Positions 1 to 13,192 are shown, counted from the stretch's first letter. The stretch: DNA of 64,000 nucleotides from Dimorphilus gyrociliatus (GCA_904063045.1 CAJFCJ010000008.1:1054001-1118000), one strand, 5' to 3'. Numbers and translations are program-made. The notes: generated by a model from the sequence alone, not told the origin.

Positions 1-576
1 AAACCTTTCAGCATTGCCTTTCAGATCTAGACAAGTTCCCCAATGTGATCGACCTTGACTTTCACTTTTACGAATTTATATAAATGTATTTTTTATACAG
101 ATAAACGTTTATTTTCTAAGGAATTTAAAATGACTTTAATAATTACGAATTCGAAAATAATTATATAAAGTTTCCTGTTCCGTTTAAAGTTGGTTAACGA
201 TTTCGAAAATTTTGCCGGGAAAAACATTCGAAACAGAGATTGAGTGCATGAATATCATTCTGAATACCATTATCTATCAAACCAATATAGAGGTAACTTT
301 TCGACAATTTATCTTTACTTACAGCGGTTTTTTATCGAAAAGATTTCGTTAAACATATTTAAAAAAAGTGTAGCACGCACATTTCAGAGTGTAATTTTAA
401 GATTAGATATAAATTATGTCAATTTTTTTTTGACAGATCGGAGCCTAAGTGCTCAAGCCTTACATTAATATAAAAAATAACTTCGACTACGACACCTAGG
501 GGCGATATAAATAACGTCACTGGCATTGTCAGAATAACAGTTTCAGACTGATTCTGAAATCCAGTAACGAAATAAC

Positions 577-2426
577 ATGTCTCTTCTAACAATCTTTGAA
601 AATCCTTGGCTGACTGTTTTACTTCCTGTGGCACTATCCGCTACATGGTTAAGATACAAGGGCTTAGATTACATTTTATATAATTATAGATGGGTATTTG
701 TATGCACTTTCTTAATGCCTGCTTCCTTAATATATAATGTAGTTTGGTATGTGAGAAGTTGGATCATCTTCAAAATGAATAGCGCTCCTCACAAACATGT
801 AGAAAAGGTAAAACATGTTCAAAAACAAGTGAAATCATGGAATGAAAAAGGAAGACAAGGACAAATGTGTACAGCTCGACCAGGCTGGATGGCAGTTTGC
901 TTAAGAGAAGGAAAGTATAAGAAAACTTTACAAAATATCGATGTTAACTTAATGGATGTTATTGAAGTAGATGCCGAAAAACAGGTATGTTCCAAGATGA
1001 TTGTACTTTCTAATCTAAATCTCATTTGAATTATCAACAGATCGTACGAGTTGAGCCATTGGCTACCATGGGTCAAGTATCAGCAACTTTAATACCTATG
1101 GGTTGGACTTTGCCTATAGTACCAGAATTAGACGATTTAACGGTTGGGGGTCTCATCATGGGCGTTGGTATCGAATCTTCTTCACACAAGCACGGGTTAA
1201 TGCAACATGTTTGCGAGGCTTTAGAAGTTGTATTGGCTGACGGAAGCGTTGTAAAGTGCAATAAAGTTAATATTTTTTATTGATATCTCATAAATAGCTA
1301 TAATATTCACTTTTCTAAATATCTATCTTTCTCTATCACAACAGAAAGACAATCCCGATTTGTTCTATTCGCTATTTTGGTCACATGGTACACTTGGTTT
1401 TCTAGTTTCGGCCGATATTCGAATTGTTCCTGCAAAGAAATTTGTCAAATTATCCTACAAACCTGTACATACATTTTCTGAAGTTGTTACAGAATTCGAA
1501 CAAAGTACATTAAAGAAAACTGGAAATGATTTCGTTGAAGGATTGATGTATTCAAAGAACGAAGCTGTAATTATGACTGGTATCATGACTGACGAAGCTG
1601 AACCTGATAAGGTGATAATTTGCATTCTATTAATTTCAAAGAGATTCTCAGTCTTTTCTTTCATTTGTAGGTAAATGTAATAAGTCGACACTACAAACCA
1701 TGGTTCTTCAAGCATGTAGAGACATTTTTACAACGTGGTGAAGATTACGAATATATACCATTAAGAGATTATTATCACAGACATACAAGAAGTATTTTCT
1801 GGCAACTGCAAGATATAGTTCCTTTTGGGAATAACTTTGTTTTTAGGGTATTATTTGGTTGGTTGATGCCACCTAAAATTTCACTTTTAAAGCTCACACA
1901 AGGAGAAACTATAAAGAGAATGTATGAAAAACATCAAATAATTCAAGATTTTGTTGTTCCCCTTGATACACTGAGCAAATCATTATTGAAATTCCACGAT
2001 GAGCTTGAGGTAACACATAATAAAATATAGTTAATCATTGTGATAAAAGTATGCCTTTGTCATATATATGTATAAATATATATACATTTTTTTCAGATGT
2101 ATCCAATTTTTTTGTGTCCCTTTAAGTTACCAAAGACTCCTGGTTTCTTAAGATGTTCAAAAGAAGATGAAATATTTGTTGATGTTGGCACCTATGGCAG
2201 CCCAAAAGCACAGCACTACCATGCATACGATACAACAAGAAGACTTGAAAAGTTCGTTCTTAGTGTGAAAGGAATACAAATGCTTTATGCAGATTCTTAT
2301 TTAACACAGGAAGAGTTTAGACAAATGTTTGACCACTCTCTCTATGATAAAATGAGAGCAAAACTCAATTGTTCTGACGCTTTTCCTGAAATCTACGACA
2401 AGGTTAATAGATCAGCAAGAGATTGA
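577..2426 (+). CDS. DHCR24: Delta(24)-sterol reductase (FAD-dependent), 5 exons: 577-984, 1041-1265, 1345-1611, 1671-2009, 2097-2426
   Basis: Spliced translation gives [65 protein letters not shown] and AFPEIYDKV, all characteristic of DHCR24/seladin-1. GT-AG introns of 56-87 bp keep the frame. Confidence 0.96.
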
Positions 2427-3001
2427 TTAAACCTAATAATGATGTAACATTTTAATAACGGAGACTAAATACATTTCCCATTTTTCTCGTAATATAAATT
2501 TTTATTTGATCTCTTTTACGAAAAGTACAGCAAAAAATTTTTATGGACTTTTGTGTTTTCTCATTTTTATTAATAAGAGATAAGTTAAACAGATATCAAT
2601 ATCTGTAAATAGAAAGATAACAGTTGCTTTTTCCCGTATGTAGTTCAATTATGTAATGTTTAGAAAATAGATTCAATTAATAAGTTTATTAGTATTAAAA
2701 TTAACTAATATCATTATCATTAATTTATTTCAAGTGCAAATTATCCAATCCAAGATATTATAATGTTCATTTGCTGATTGATATATGTTTTAAGTGATTT
2801 TTGCAGGTATAGATATTAAGAAACAGAAGAAATGAGTATGTCAATGATACTTGTTTGCACCTATTGGCTTTGTGATTTGTCTGCTAAGAGCATTTTTTTC
2901 TTATTTTTAAATAGCTAATTCTGACAAACATCTTTATTAATACAACTGTAATATTTCAGTCCAAAATATAGGATTTTATTAGAGTTAAGCAAAGTGGGCG
3001 G

Positions 3002-3345
3002 TGCCTACATACTTTTGCATAACATTAACCTAAAAACTGCTGTAACAACGATATCCGGGGGCCGTTTTAATAAGGTCACAGGAAAAATCAGAATAACAGT
3101 TTCAGACTGATTCTGAAATCCAGTAACGAAATAACATGTCTTTTCTGGCAGTCTTTGAAAATCCTTGGCTAACTGTTTTACTCTCTGTATTGCAATCAAC
3201 TACTCGGTCAATGATACAAGAACCTAAAATATATTATATTTAATTATAGGTGGATATTTGTATTCACTTTCTCAATACTTTTTTAGTATGTAACGTAATT
3301 TGGTATATTGAGAAGTTGAGTCGTCCTTAAGTGAATAATGCTGTT
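3002..3345 (+). pseudogene. Decayed partial duplicate of the DHCR24 promoter, 5'UTR and first ~70 codons
   Basis: 3088-3141 is identical to 529-582 (54 nt). Similarity continues with indels on both sides. The copied ATG at 3136 reads [16 protein letters not shown] (vs [16 protein letters not shown]), then frameshifts and stops at 3241-3243. Confidence 0.88.
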
Positions 3346-3965
3346 AATAAAGTTTTAACTTAAACTTTTGTTAGGCTTAAGTGTTTTTATTATTATTAAT
3401 AGGTCACTTGAACAAATGTCAAGACCAAAAAACGAATAATGTCAGCATCTTTGTTATACATTAGTTTGACTGTCCTACACTTATTAACGAAGCCCTTTAA
3501 GCTTTTACTTCACTCTACATGTTATATATGAAGTTTTATTCATTTTTACCAAATATTTTTCACATGTTTTTCTGTTTTTCACATTTTTTGATAATTCCTA
3601 TGAATTTGGTTAATTAATTAATGGATATTCTTTTGAAAAAAAGATTAAATTTAAAAATAGAGGAATAAAAATAAATTTCAAGGAGCAATATATTCAAGTA
3701 TATCGTTTTAATATTTTTTCTATGCTATTTTTCCATAATTGGCATAAAATCCTGTTGAATAATATAAGCTTTCAGTTATTTCATACTCTATGACTTTGCT
3801 ATTCAGAATACCTCTAGTCTTATCAGAAACAATTTATTATATTGTTATTATAGTCAAAATGGCCGCTTTTAATAAATCTATGAACCGACATTTTGATTAT
3901 ATACTTTTATATACTCTTTTTTGACGTCTGACGCAAGGATTTCCTTACTAAGTAATTCGTCTGCT

Positions 3966-4676
3966 ATGGCGTTCGCTTTAAGAAATTGTTTATCGCAATT
4001 ACCAAAAAACTTGGGCTTTGTAAGGTTAGCATGGGTAAACTTTAAGTCAGAATATTAGTTAATAAACGAATAGAATAAAGCATCCATTAAACCGCTTTTC
4101 CAGGGATATTTGAATATAATATTCTACTGTTTTTTAATTTGTATTACTTGACCTTGCCTTGAGTAAGCATTTTTTTTCTTGCAGCCAAGTTCGTTTTATG
4201 TCCGGAGAATGGGGATCTGGAAGTGGAAGGGTAAACAATTGATTTTTTAATAGTAAGTGATGATCTCATTAATAAATTCTAAAGGGTGGAGGCGGTGGTG
4301 GTTCTGTTAGAGATGCCGGTGGATCTTTTGGAAAAATGGAAGCAGCTCATGAAGAGCAATACTTTCGTAAAATGGTACGTTTTTAAAATTTTATAAATGC
4401 TCTTTCAAATTTCTAATCCTTATTAAATTTTTCAACATTATAGCAACAAGAACAATTAAAAGCCATTCAAGCTTCACTTCATGAAGAAATTGAATTCAGC
4501 GAGAAGCAAATTTCTGAATTACAGGTGCAAAGTTGTTTTGAATTCATAGTATTCTTAAGATAAAACTGTTGAATTGTTCAAATTTGAATTTTTTTTAAAT
4601 TGATTATTTGCAGGAAGAAATCGCTAGACATAAAAAGAAGTTGTCTAAACTAAAGGATTTGAAGAAAGACCACTAA
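3966..4676 (+). CDS. ATP5IF1: Mitochondrial ATPase inhibitor IF1, about 5 short exons; not in the ORF track
   Basis: Presequence-like [18 protein letters not shown], then [36 protein letters not shown]...[10 protein letters not shown], matching the IF1 [22 protein letters not shown] motif. Stop taa at 4674-4676. The first donor position is slightly ambiguous. Confidence 0.93.
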
Positions 4677-4771
4677 AAACCCTGGTTTATAAATTCTGTA
4701 TTTCATTTATAGTGTAGTACGTTTAAAGTAAACGTGTGAACTCGAAAATATGGCTACTTGATAAATGTTTG

Positions 4772-5791
4772 TCAAAATTCCAATTTTTTCTTTTGGGATA
4801 CCATATCGGATTCTTCTTTTCCCCTAGAAGCATTTTCTCCTAAATCAGGAGGTAGATGCATACGTTCAACAACAAATTTAGTTCGACGCTGTTTAAATGC
4901 CCAATCTGACGTATCAGGTTGGGGAGTGTGCAAAGAATACGGTGAGCGGGATTTTCGAAGTCTTAAGCAACCATGATAGTCTGCAAGGCCAGCAACTTTT
5001 TTGTCCTTCCGAACAGCATTTAGTTCTAAAGCAAAATCGACAAAGTTTCGAATAGAGTTGCTGTCATCTTCATATATATGCATAGGAATTGTTAGTAGAA
5101 TTGATGTTGGTTTTCCTCTGATAGCATTTCTTAATTTCAAAAGAAATTTGCAAATGTCAATTGAACATAAATTACCCCAAAAAGGGCGCGCAAAGCGTCT
5201 AATAAGTACTCTTGAGGCATTTTCTGAAGGAGTTTCTATGAGTTTTATTAATCGTTCGATCAGAGTGGTTGCTTTATCATCGTCTATAACATCGGAAAAG
5301 TCAACTGCTTCTAAATTTGGCTTTAATTCTCCCGTAATATCCATAGTTTCCGACAAATCATAATAATTTCCAAATCTGGTAGGGCGGTCAACAAATTTAC
5401 CTCCTCCCTTTTGTGAATTTTCATAACGCCATGCAATCTTTAGGTCGGGTTTTGAGTTTTTGTCTTCTTTTACATCAGCTTCGGTATTTGTTTCAATAAT
5501 TGATGGTAACTTTGATAAAATCTCCGAAGGTTTTTCTATGGTATCAGCGATTATCACACGGTGCTGGTTAACAACCCCTTCAGCAATAAAGTATCTTTCT
5601 ATTACATCACCATAGCAGGTAGTTTCATCTTCTTCAACTAATAGAATAGTTCCCAGTGGTAAACCGCCTCCTATTATTGAGTCTATACCGGGAACACCGG
5701 TTGATATTAATAAAGAGTCATTGTACAAAGATCTTTTGGCGCCTTTTATTTGACGAACTGGTCCTCGTCGTTGAAAAGACGTGCTCTGCAT
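4772..5791 (-). CDS. ELP4: Elongator complex protein 4, single exon, 339 aa
   Basis: ISTGVPGIDSIIGGGLPLGTILLVEED, LKIAWRYE, FGNYYDLS and C-terminal MHLPPDLGE match ELP4 (RecA-like fold). Confidence 0.92.
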   Translation of the reverse strand: MQSTSFQRRGPVRQIKGAKRSLYNDSLLISTGVPGIDSIIGGGLPLGTILLVEEDETTCYGDVIERYFIAEGVVNQHRVIIADTIEKPSEILSKLPSIIETNTEADVKEDKNSKPDLKIAWRYENSQKGGGKFVDRPTRFGNYYDLSETMDITGELKPNLEAVDFSDVIDDDKATTLIERLIKLIETPSENASRVLIRRFARPFWGNLCSIDICKFLLKLRNAIRGKPTSILLTIPMHIYEDDSNSIRNFVDFALELNAVRKDKKVAGLADYHGCLRLRKSRSPYSLHTPQPDTSDWAFKQRRTKFVVERMHLPPDLGENASRGKEESDMVSQKKKLEF

Positions 5792-6248
5792 ACTCTTATT
5801 ATCGCTCTTTTCCTGAAACCTATTCTAAGAATAGCTGATAGTGAACAGTTATAAGAAACTTAGGCGAAACAAGTTTTTCAACTTACTGTGAAATTTGTTG
5901 TGCCGTGAGAGTAGATTTTAAAGAGAATTAGACTAATATTTCTCGTCTAATAGTTGATAGAGAAGTAGGCCTAATACTTCAATACCAGTTTTTGGCACGG
6001 TTCTAGTGAAATATTCTCTTGATATGTTGCATGAGAATTTCCAAAGATCTATGTTGAATTGAGATAGAATATAAGTAGTACAAGTTGTATACTTTAAGGA
6101 CAAGTACAAGAATATTAAATAACTTTTCCTGCAGTTGTGAGTATTTATAGTCCTCTGGCTAAAATATTCATAGTTTTAATTGGACTGTAATGTATAACTG
6201 ATTTCAAAGTCATTGTTCATTATAGGCCATATAAAAGCTTGATTCAAA

Positions 6249-8610
6249 ATGTCCCGTTGGGAGGATTTGTACATTTTGTTACGTAGTATGAGAATGGTAG
6301 CAAAGTGTGCATCTGATGAAATTCAAAGGAAAACCTCTCAAAATTGGATGAACTCTTCAATTAGAGTCTCTCTAACAAAAAATTTCTCAAAAGTTGAGGA
6401 TAATATAAATAGTACGATATTCGAAGATAAATTCAAGGTTAATAAGTTAATAAGCTTTTCATTTCAACTCTCTAAAAGACCGTTTCTCTAAAGAATCCTA
6501 TAGATGTCATGAATTCGAATCTTGACTATGCTAAGAAGGCAACGGAAAATATTCGCTATAAAATTAAAAGCAGACTCCCTGCTGATATTGCGCCAAGCTT
6601 TTTAAAAGAAGAGCTACCAGAGGCAGTAATTGTTCAAAATAGTTTGGGCAAAGAAAAAACTGATAGTTCGAGCGAAACAATACCTGAAGATGCTAAAGCT
6701 AATAAGGACGTAAAATTTTCGAGGATGTCTCATAGATATCCACCATCTAAGATTCCTGAGTTTCTAAAGAAAGATCTTCCTTATAGTATACTGGTTGAAA
6801 CGGGTTTGGTTGACGAAACAGAGGAAGAATACAGAAAGAGAACAGCTCAACCTCCTCCACCGACAAAGTCTAATAAAAATTTAACTCCTAGGCAAAAATA
6901 TGAAGCTGCACGTGAGAACAAAAAACCCAAAGTTTTACAGGGAGTAAGTATTTAATCAACACTTTTTGTATTTCTCTTTTGTGCATTCGGACACCCATTA
7001 AGCATGTTTCGTTAAGTTGCTCTAAAACCATTTAATTTTTTTTAGCTTAGTGATAAATCAAAGGAAAGAAAAGTTCCTGGAACCCGCATAGGTCGGATGG
7101 CATCCTTTGGAAGTATGTTCTTTAACATCATTATTAAGCTTAGTTTAATTGATAAATTTATATAAAAAAGTATTTTATGAACTATTTCAGGTTTAGGTGC
7201 CGGATTAGCTTTTGGTGCTGCCTCGGAGGTATTTAAAAGAAGCGTTGGTTTAGGTAAAACAAAGAATAGTGGTAAGATTGAATGATTAATATTAGATTAA
7301 TATTAGAACAATTTAGTAACCTTGAATTACTATAGGCAATGAATCCTTGCTTAAGGAAAATCCTTTCTTATCTGATGCCAATATGGAGAGAATAGTCAAT
7401 ACATTATGTCGTGTTCGTGGAGCCGCCTTAAAACTTGGTCAAATGCTTAGTATTCAAGGTATTAGTTTTAAAAATAAATAATAGATAAATTATAAACTTT
7501 TACATTTCTGTAAATATATATTCTTCAGATGCTTCGTTGATGAGTCCACAATTACAGCTTGTCATGGAAAGAGTTCGCCAGAGTGCCGATTTTATGCCAA
7601 AATATCAATTAGAAAAAGTTATCAGAGAAGAGCTGGGATCTAACTGGAGAGAAAAATTTCAGTCGTTCGATGATAAACCATTTGCAGCTGCTTCAATTGG
7701 CCAAGTTCATAGAGGGACAACTCTAGATGGGAAAGAAGTTGCGGTAAAAATTCAATATCCCGGAGTGTCTTCTTCTATAGACTCTGATATAGAGAATTTG
7801 CTAGGAATTTTAAAGTACTGGAAAATATTACCGGATGCCTTATACGTGGACAGAGTTGTTGACGTAGCCAGAAAAGAATTAAAATGGGAATGCGATTATA
7901 CTAGAGAAGCAGAATGCTCGGAAAGATATAGGAAATTATTAGAGAATGATGATGTTTTCTACGTACCAAAAGTTTTTAAAGACTTGAGTTCAGGAAAAAT
8001 TCTAACAACTGAACTCGTTGAAGGAGTTTCTGTAGATAAAGTAATAAATGAAAATCAGGATACAAGAAATGCTGTTAGTAGAAATCTTCTGAGATTATGT
8101 CTACGAGAGCTATTTGACTGGAATTTTATGCAAACTGATCCGAATTGGTCAAATTTTCTATATGATTCAAAAACTGGCTTGATATCTCTAATAGATTTCG
8201 GAGCGACTAGAGAATATAACAAAAAATTTGTAGACATCTATATCAAAATTATTCGAGCAGCAGCGGACAAGGATCGAGAACAAATATTAAAGCATTCTGT
8301 AGATTTAGGATTTCTAACTGGACTAGAAAGTAAAGTAATGCAGAAAGCCCATTGCGATGCAGTTTTGATTTTAGGAGAAGCTTTTGCAACTGACAAAGAA
8401 TTCAACTTTGGAAACCAATCAACCGCCAAGAGAATACATGAAATTATTCCTGTTATGTTAAAACATAGATTAACTCCTCCTCCAGAGGAGACTTACTCTT
8501 TACATAGAAAAATGTCAGGCTGTTTTCAGCTCTGTTCAAAGCTTTCCGCAAACATCGAATGCAAATCTTTATTTTTCGACGTATGGGATAAGTACAGATT
8601 TGACGAATAA
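6249..8610 (+). CDS. COQ8: Atypical kinase COQ8 (ADCK3/4-like), multi-exon with a long last exon ending 8610
   Basis: [26 protein letters not shown] (KxGQ), [31 protein letters not shown] and [15 protein letters not shown]. Long low-complexity N-terminal region. N-terminal exon edges are approximate. Confidence 0.95.
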
Positions 8611-9120
8611 ACAAAATACAAATTAATATCTAATCTGTAGAAAAAAAAAGAACAAATGTTTTCTCTTCTCTAATTGGACCAATTAAGCTGTTTAAGCCAA
8701 AAACCATCAAACTGTTAAGTATTATAACTATGTGAAAATAATAGAATTAATTTAATACTAGCTGTAAATAATTTGTAAGAATCAGCCCATGCTGTAACTC
8801 GAACTTCTCGTTTCAATGCTAACTGAACAACTGATTTCTTTCTGCTCTTTATAAACAAGATCTAGCGATCAATTTCTCTCGAAAAAAGTATATTCAAGAT
8901 ATATAACAATATATTACTGTAGATAAATTTTAAAGGTATGGGCCTATCCCTTACCCCTACGAAAAAAGCTGTTAAAATTTCAGGCTTATATTATTGGGCC
9001 TATAGTATCAACAGGTAAAGAGTTTTCACAATATAAGATTGGAATAGCCGTATCAAGCGGCTCACGTTTTTTTACCCTCTTCAGATCATTCGTTATTTTC
9101 TCTAAAATATATTTTTTATT

Positions 9121-9804
9121 ATGAGAAAAGGTAAATTCTTAAGCGAAGTTCAACATGAATTAGAAAAACAAAGACAGGCTTGGGGATCCGAAATAAAGAG
9201 ATTAACAGAAGGTGTGACACCGGATAATCAAGAGTCTTCAAAAACTACGTCGCTTATTGACCAATCCTCCGGTAAGCCTGTTTTTAAAGCATTCTTCGAT
9301 GTAAGGGAATTTGATAGAAAGGATATTAATGTCAGAATTGATCACCTCATCAATAAAGTTGTTGTAAAAGCAACTAAAAAGATGGGGGTTTTGACAAGAA
9401 CTTTAACGCAAAAGGCCAATTTACCAAGGTTTTCTGATAATCGAAAATTATCTAAAAAAATTGGTCCTGATGGAATTCTTGAAGTCTCTGTACCTTTATT
9501 ATATTATTTTCCACCTGAAAATGAACCAAAATCGTACGTTTATCGAGTTGATAAGCAGACAGAAAATGGTAAGAAATGCCTTGAAATTGTTGTCAATACT
9601 GGTGAAGGAATAAATCCAGAAGATGTGGACGTTCAAGTTGTCGACGATAATGAGCTAATAATTAGTGGCGAGTCAACAAACGGTGGAAAAAACTTGAGAA
9701 AAAAATACTATCTCCCACAAGGCTGTAGTGTTGATGACATTAGCGCCGAAATTATAGATAAGGATCACGTAACTATTTATATACCTATATATGATAAAAG
9801 ATAG
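9121..9804 (+). CDS. Small heat-shock protein with two alpha-crystallin-like domains (p40 major-egg-antigen type), single exon
   Basis: Two repeats of the HSP20 pattern: FDVREFDRKDINVRI...LPRFSD...DGILEVSVP and TGEGINPEDVDVQV..NELIISG...YYLPQGCSVDDISAE. An N-terminal helical segment precedes them. Confidence 0.75.
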   Translation: MRKGKFLSEVQHELEKQRQAWGSEIKRLTEGVTPDNQESSKTTSLIDQSSGKPVFKAFFDVREFDRKDINVRIDHLINKVVVKATKKMGVLTRTLTQKANLPRFSDNRKLSKKIGPDGILEVSVPLLYYFPPENEPKSYVYRVDKQTENGKKCLEIVVNTGEGINPEDVDVQVVDDNELIISGESTNGGKNLRKKYYLPQGCSVDDISAEIIDKDHVTIYIPIYDKR

Positions 9805-11244
9805 AAGAATACCAATCGATCATTTCCTCTATTGACGATGTAAAACTAAAACTATTTAAAGTCTCGTTCACTTATGTATATGAGATTTTTCTACCTTTTG
9901 TGCTCTTATTTGCAAAAGTCAACTTTTACATATTTTATTTGATATTTACTTTTTGTTAATAAGCCTACGTTAAACAACAGCAAAAAAAAACAAGGTCGCT
10001 ATAACTATAACAACCAGCAAAGATAATAATAATCATAACAATAATAATAATACTAAAGATGACGAAAAGACGTTTATACCGTATTCTTCCTCAGAAAATT
10101 TTAAGTTATAGCCGTGGCTTTACTTAATAAAAGAGATAAAAAGGATATCTATTGGTCTTTTACTATTGTTGTTTACATATGTAATTTTTTGAATAAAATA
10201 CACAAAGAAAGCGTTGCTTAACTTTTAAATTATTTAATATTTTAGTATGTTTCTTCTTTAGTAGTACTTTATTACGTATGTAAATAGTAAGATTAAATGT
10301 AAATATTATGAAATCCTCCTCATAAGAAGATAAAAGATCCATATAAAATATATATAATAATAATTGATATTTCTTATATATTTTCATATTAAAAATTGCA
10401 TTTTTATCAAAAGTATAAAAAGAGTGAAAGTTTATCAAAAATAAAACAGGAAAGAATGTAAAAAGAACTATTCAATAGAACATTGTATAACGATAATAAA
10501 TCTTTGTTAAATACTATGGAAATCATATTCATACAATATAATTAGAGAGCAACCACCCACATTGGTAAATTATCTTTTAAAACAACACATTCAATCTCTT
10601 CGTAATGTATATATAAATACAAGCATAAATTTATATAGATTTTTGAATATATTCAATGATTTCCCGCACGTAGAATTGACTATTAAGTGAAATAATATAG
10701 TTTGTTTTTTGTCTTTCATTTTTAAATATGATATCTTTCTAGTTCAGATATCTTTCAGCCAGGAATTTCTTTATAGACCCTCACAGTTGAAAAACGACCT
10801 ATAAGTAATAAAGGAGAGGCTATTGATATGGTAAAAATAAAATGAATAGAACATTTTTGAAAGTAACTTTTAGAGCAAAACTCTTAAAGAATTTTGTTTA
10901 TTGCATAAGTAAATAGCTTTTTCCCTTGTTGTACTCGGAGGATTTTGCTTTTTTTTTTCTTTTTAGGAAAAATCAACATTCCTGAGCAAAATAAACAATA
11001 TACTATTGTATTTATTGTAGTAAATGTAAATAAATAAACAAAGAGTAATACTGTTTAGAAGGAAAAAAATGAATAGTCTATTATAAACGTTATATAGAAA
11101 TCTATTAGGCCATGTATCAAGTTTTGAACTGCTGTTTAGTATTAAAATTCGTAGCTAGATGTCTTGAACTCGATGTATATTTATTAAACAGTAAAAATAT
11201 TATTGTTATTACGATTACTTGAGTACGTACAGAGTCATTTTATA

Positions 11245-13192
11245 TTATAGCTTACAAAAGTTAACTAGTATGACGTCATCACGAAGAAAGAAAATTCTGT
11301 CATTGTTGCTATTGTATTGGAAGCTGACATAGATTTTTGACTCTTCTTTAAAAGAGTCGTAAACAACATAAATAAAGAATAATTTTCTAAGTTTTTAACT
11401 TATAACTGTATCCTTATTGAAACTTTTAGTTTGATTAAATTTAATAGTATCATCTCTCGAATTTTTAGAAGCGGAATATTCTGTCTGCCTATTCTTCCTT
11501 CGTCGTCTCCTCTTTATCAATATAAAGCTAACCAAAACCAAGATACCAAATAGAAAAATAATACTTATAGTAAATAAAACAGTTAGTACATTGGATTTTT
11601 TATATTCTTTAATGAATCGAGTATCTAAAATTCATGAGAAAAGATCATTTTAAAATGATTGATTATTTATAGGAACAATGATTCTGTATACCATTTTTTA
11701 CGCAATTCTGTTCTAAAGCATTTCCAATAAATCCTGGAGAGCATAGCTGGCAATGATCTCCAGTAATATTTTCTAAGCAAGATAAACACTTTCCTATTGA
11801 AATTAAAAGGAATTTTGATAGTTAAATTAACAGCTTTCTTTCTTAATTGTTAAAGAGCATACCCGAGATCCTATCACATATTGATATTGAGTTATTATTC
11901 TCATTTCCGTTGCAGTTACATTGTGTGCAATGATTATTAGAATTTCGATAAAATCCATTTGCACACGTATCGCACCTGGCTGATCCATATCCCAATTTGC
12001 AAAAACACGATTTGAAACCATGTTCTGGAGAGAATATATATATATATATATATATACATACATATATATAAGAATAATATATATTTGAATAAGACAACAT
12101 TCGTATAAAAGCATACTTGTAATAATACAACTTGAATTCTTTGCTCCCATCTCAGAACAACGGCAAGGTTCACACTTATGCCCGTTATAAATGGTACTAG
12201 CTATACATTTACTGCAATATTTTCCAGAGGCATACCTCTTACATTTACATTTACCAGTTACTACGTCACATTCATTTCTTACAGATCTTTCCTTATCACA
12301 TTGGCAGGCTATTTAAGGAAAAATGACATTGTAATTGGGAATTTATCGTATAAAATCGTTAAGATTAAGAAAATCAAAGAAAACAAATATCTAATTTGTT
12401 CTGATCGATAGCATATTTCTATTTAAAGTGTGACATTAATAAGTATTTTCATCTTAATACCATTAAATGAGTTTAGAATGTTCAATAGGTAAATTGAATA
12501 GAACAAATTAACATATCAAATGCTATAATTCAATTCTTGCATATGATTAAGAGTTATCATTTACTAAAATATAAAAATAATACATACGTTTAACATCACC
12601 ACCGAAACCTAAAGTATTAAATTTAATACGACCGCTGTTTGTTCTATTCTGATTATCGTAATTAGCGATAATAAAGGCAGCATATTTTAATCCTGGTAGA
12701 AGATCTTGTAACGTATAACTGTAGTAATGATTCTTGTTTCTACTATATCTTACAGGGTCAACTATTGACTTGTCAAAGTTCTTATCTGCAAAATCAACAT
12801 CTCCATTAATTCTTTTGCGACATATTTAAAATTTAATGATTTATTATAAAATAAGTTTTAAATAGAAAATTCGATTCTTTTTACCAGAGCACTGTCTGCC
12901 TTTCTCATGACAAAAACATATTGTAAAATTGGAAATATCTTCTGAAATATTTGTATTAAGTTTCCAAGATAAAGTTGTTGTATTGTAACTTGGTGTCGAC
13001 GATGCAAGTTTTATTACCGGGTTTTCTTGAAATATATAAATTAATGCATTATTTAATATTCAATATGCAATTTAAATCAATAAATAGTTGTAATATTTTA
13101 CCTTTGTTCAAAGTGAATGAGCAGCTAAACGGGTCGTCTGACGATGCAACTAACAAAAATACGCACATGCAGATAATGAGAAACAAGTCCAT
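11245..13192 (-). CDS. Single-pass membrane protein: signal peptide, FN3, about 4 laminin-type EGF repeats, TM, short tail (MEGF9-like arrangement plus FN3)
   Basis: ATG 13192 gives MDLFLIICMCVFLLVASS. FN3 signatures TLSW and YTLQDLLPGLKY. Laminin-EGF repeats ACQCDKERSVRNECDVVTGKCKCK..CSKC, SCFCKLGYGSARCDTC and CLSCLENITGDHCQLCSPGFIGNA. TM VLTVLFTISIIFLFGILVLVSFILI followed by KRRRRRK. Six consecutive phase-1 GT-AG introns join these in frame. The last exon and stop are uncertain (11245-11400). Confidence 0.82.

Noticed and set aside
10140-10148. U12-type donor look-alikes ATATCCTTT (10148, minus) and GTATCCTTT (49181, minus)
   Set aside because: No matching U12 branch site or exon context; about one chance hit of each is expected in a window of this size and composition.
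9850-11200. AT-rich gap with ORF 10163-10438 and hydrophobic or LRR-looking fragments (e.g. 10510-10690)
   Set aside because: Frames are interrupted by stops, there is no consistent splice chain, and the composition is explained by AT richness and (ATA)n tracts.
12790-12885. Apparent phase conflict suggesting a non-canonical intron in the laminin-EGF gene
   Set aside because: Resolved by the canonical downstream acceptor ttttgcag|at aag, which restores the frame.
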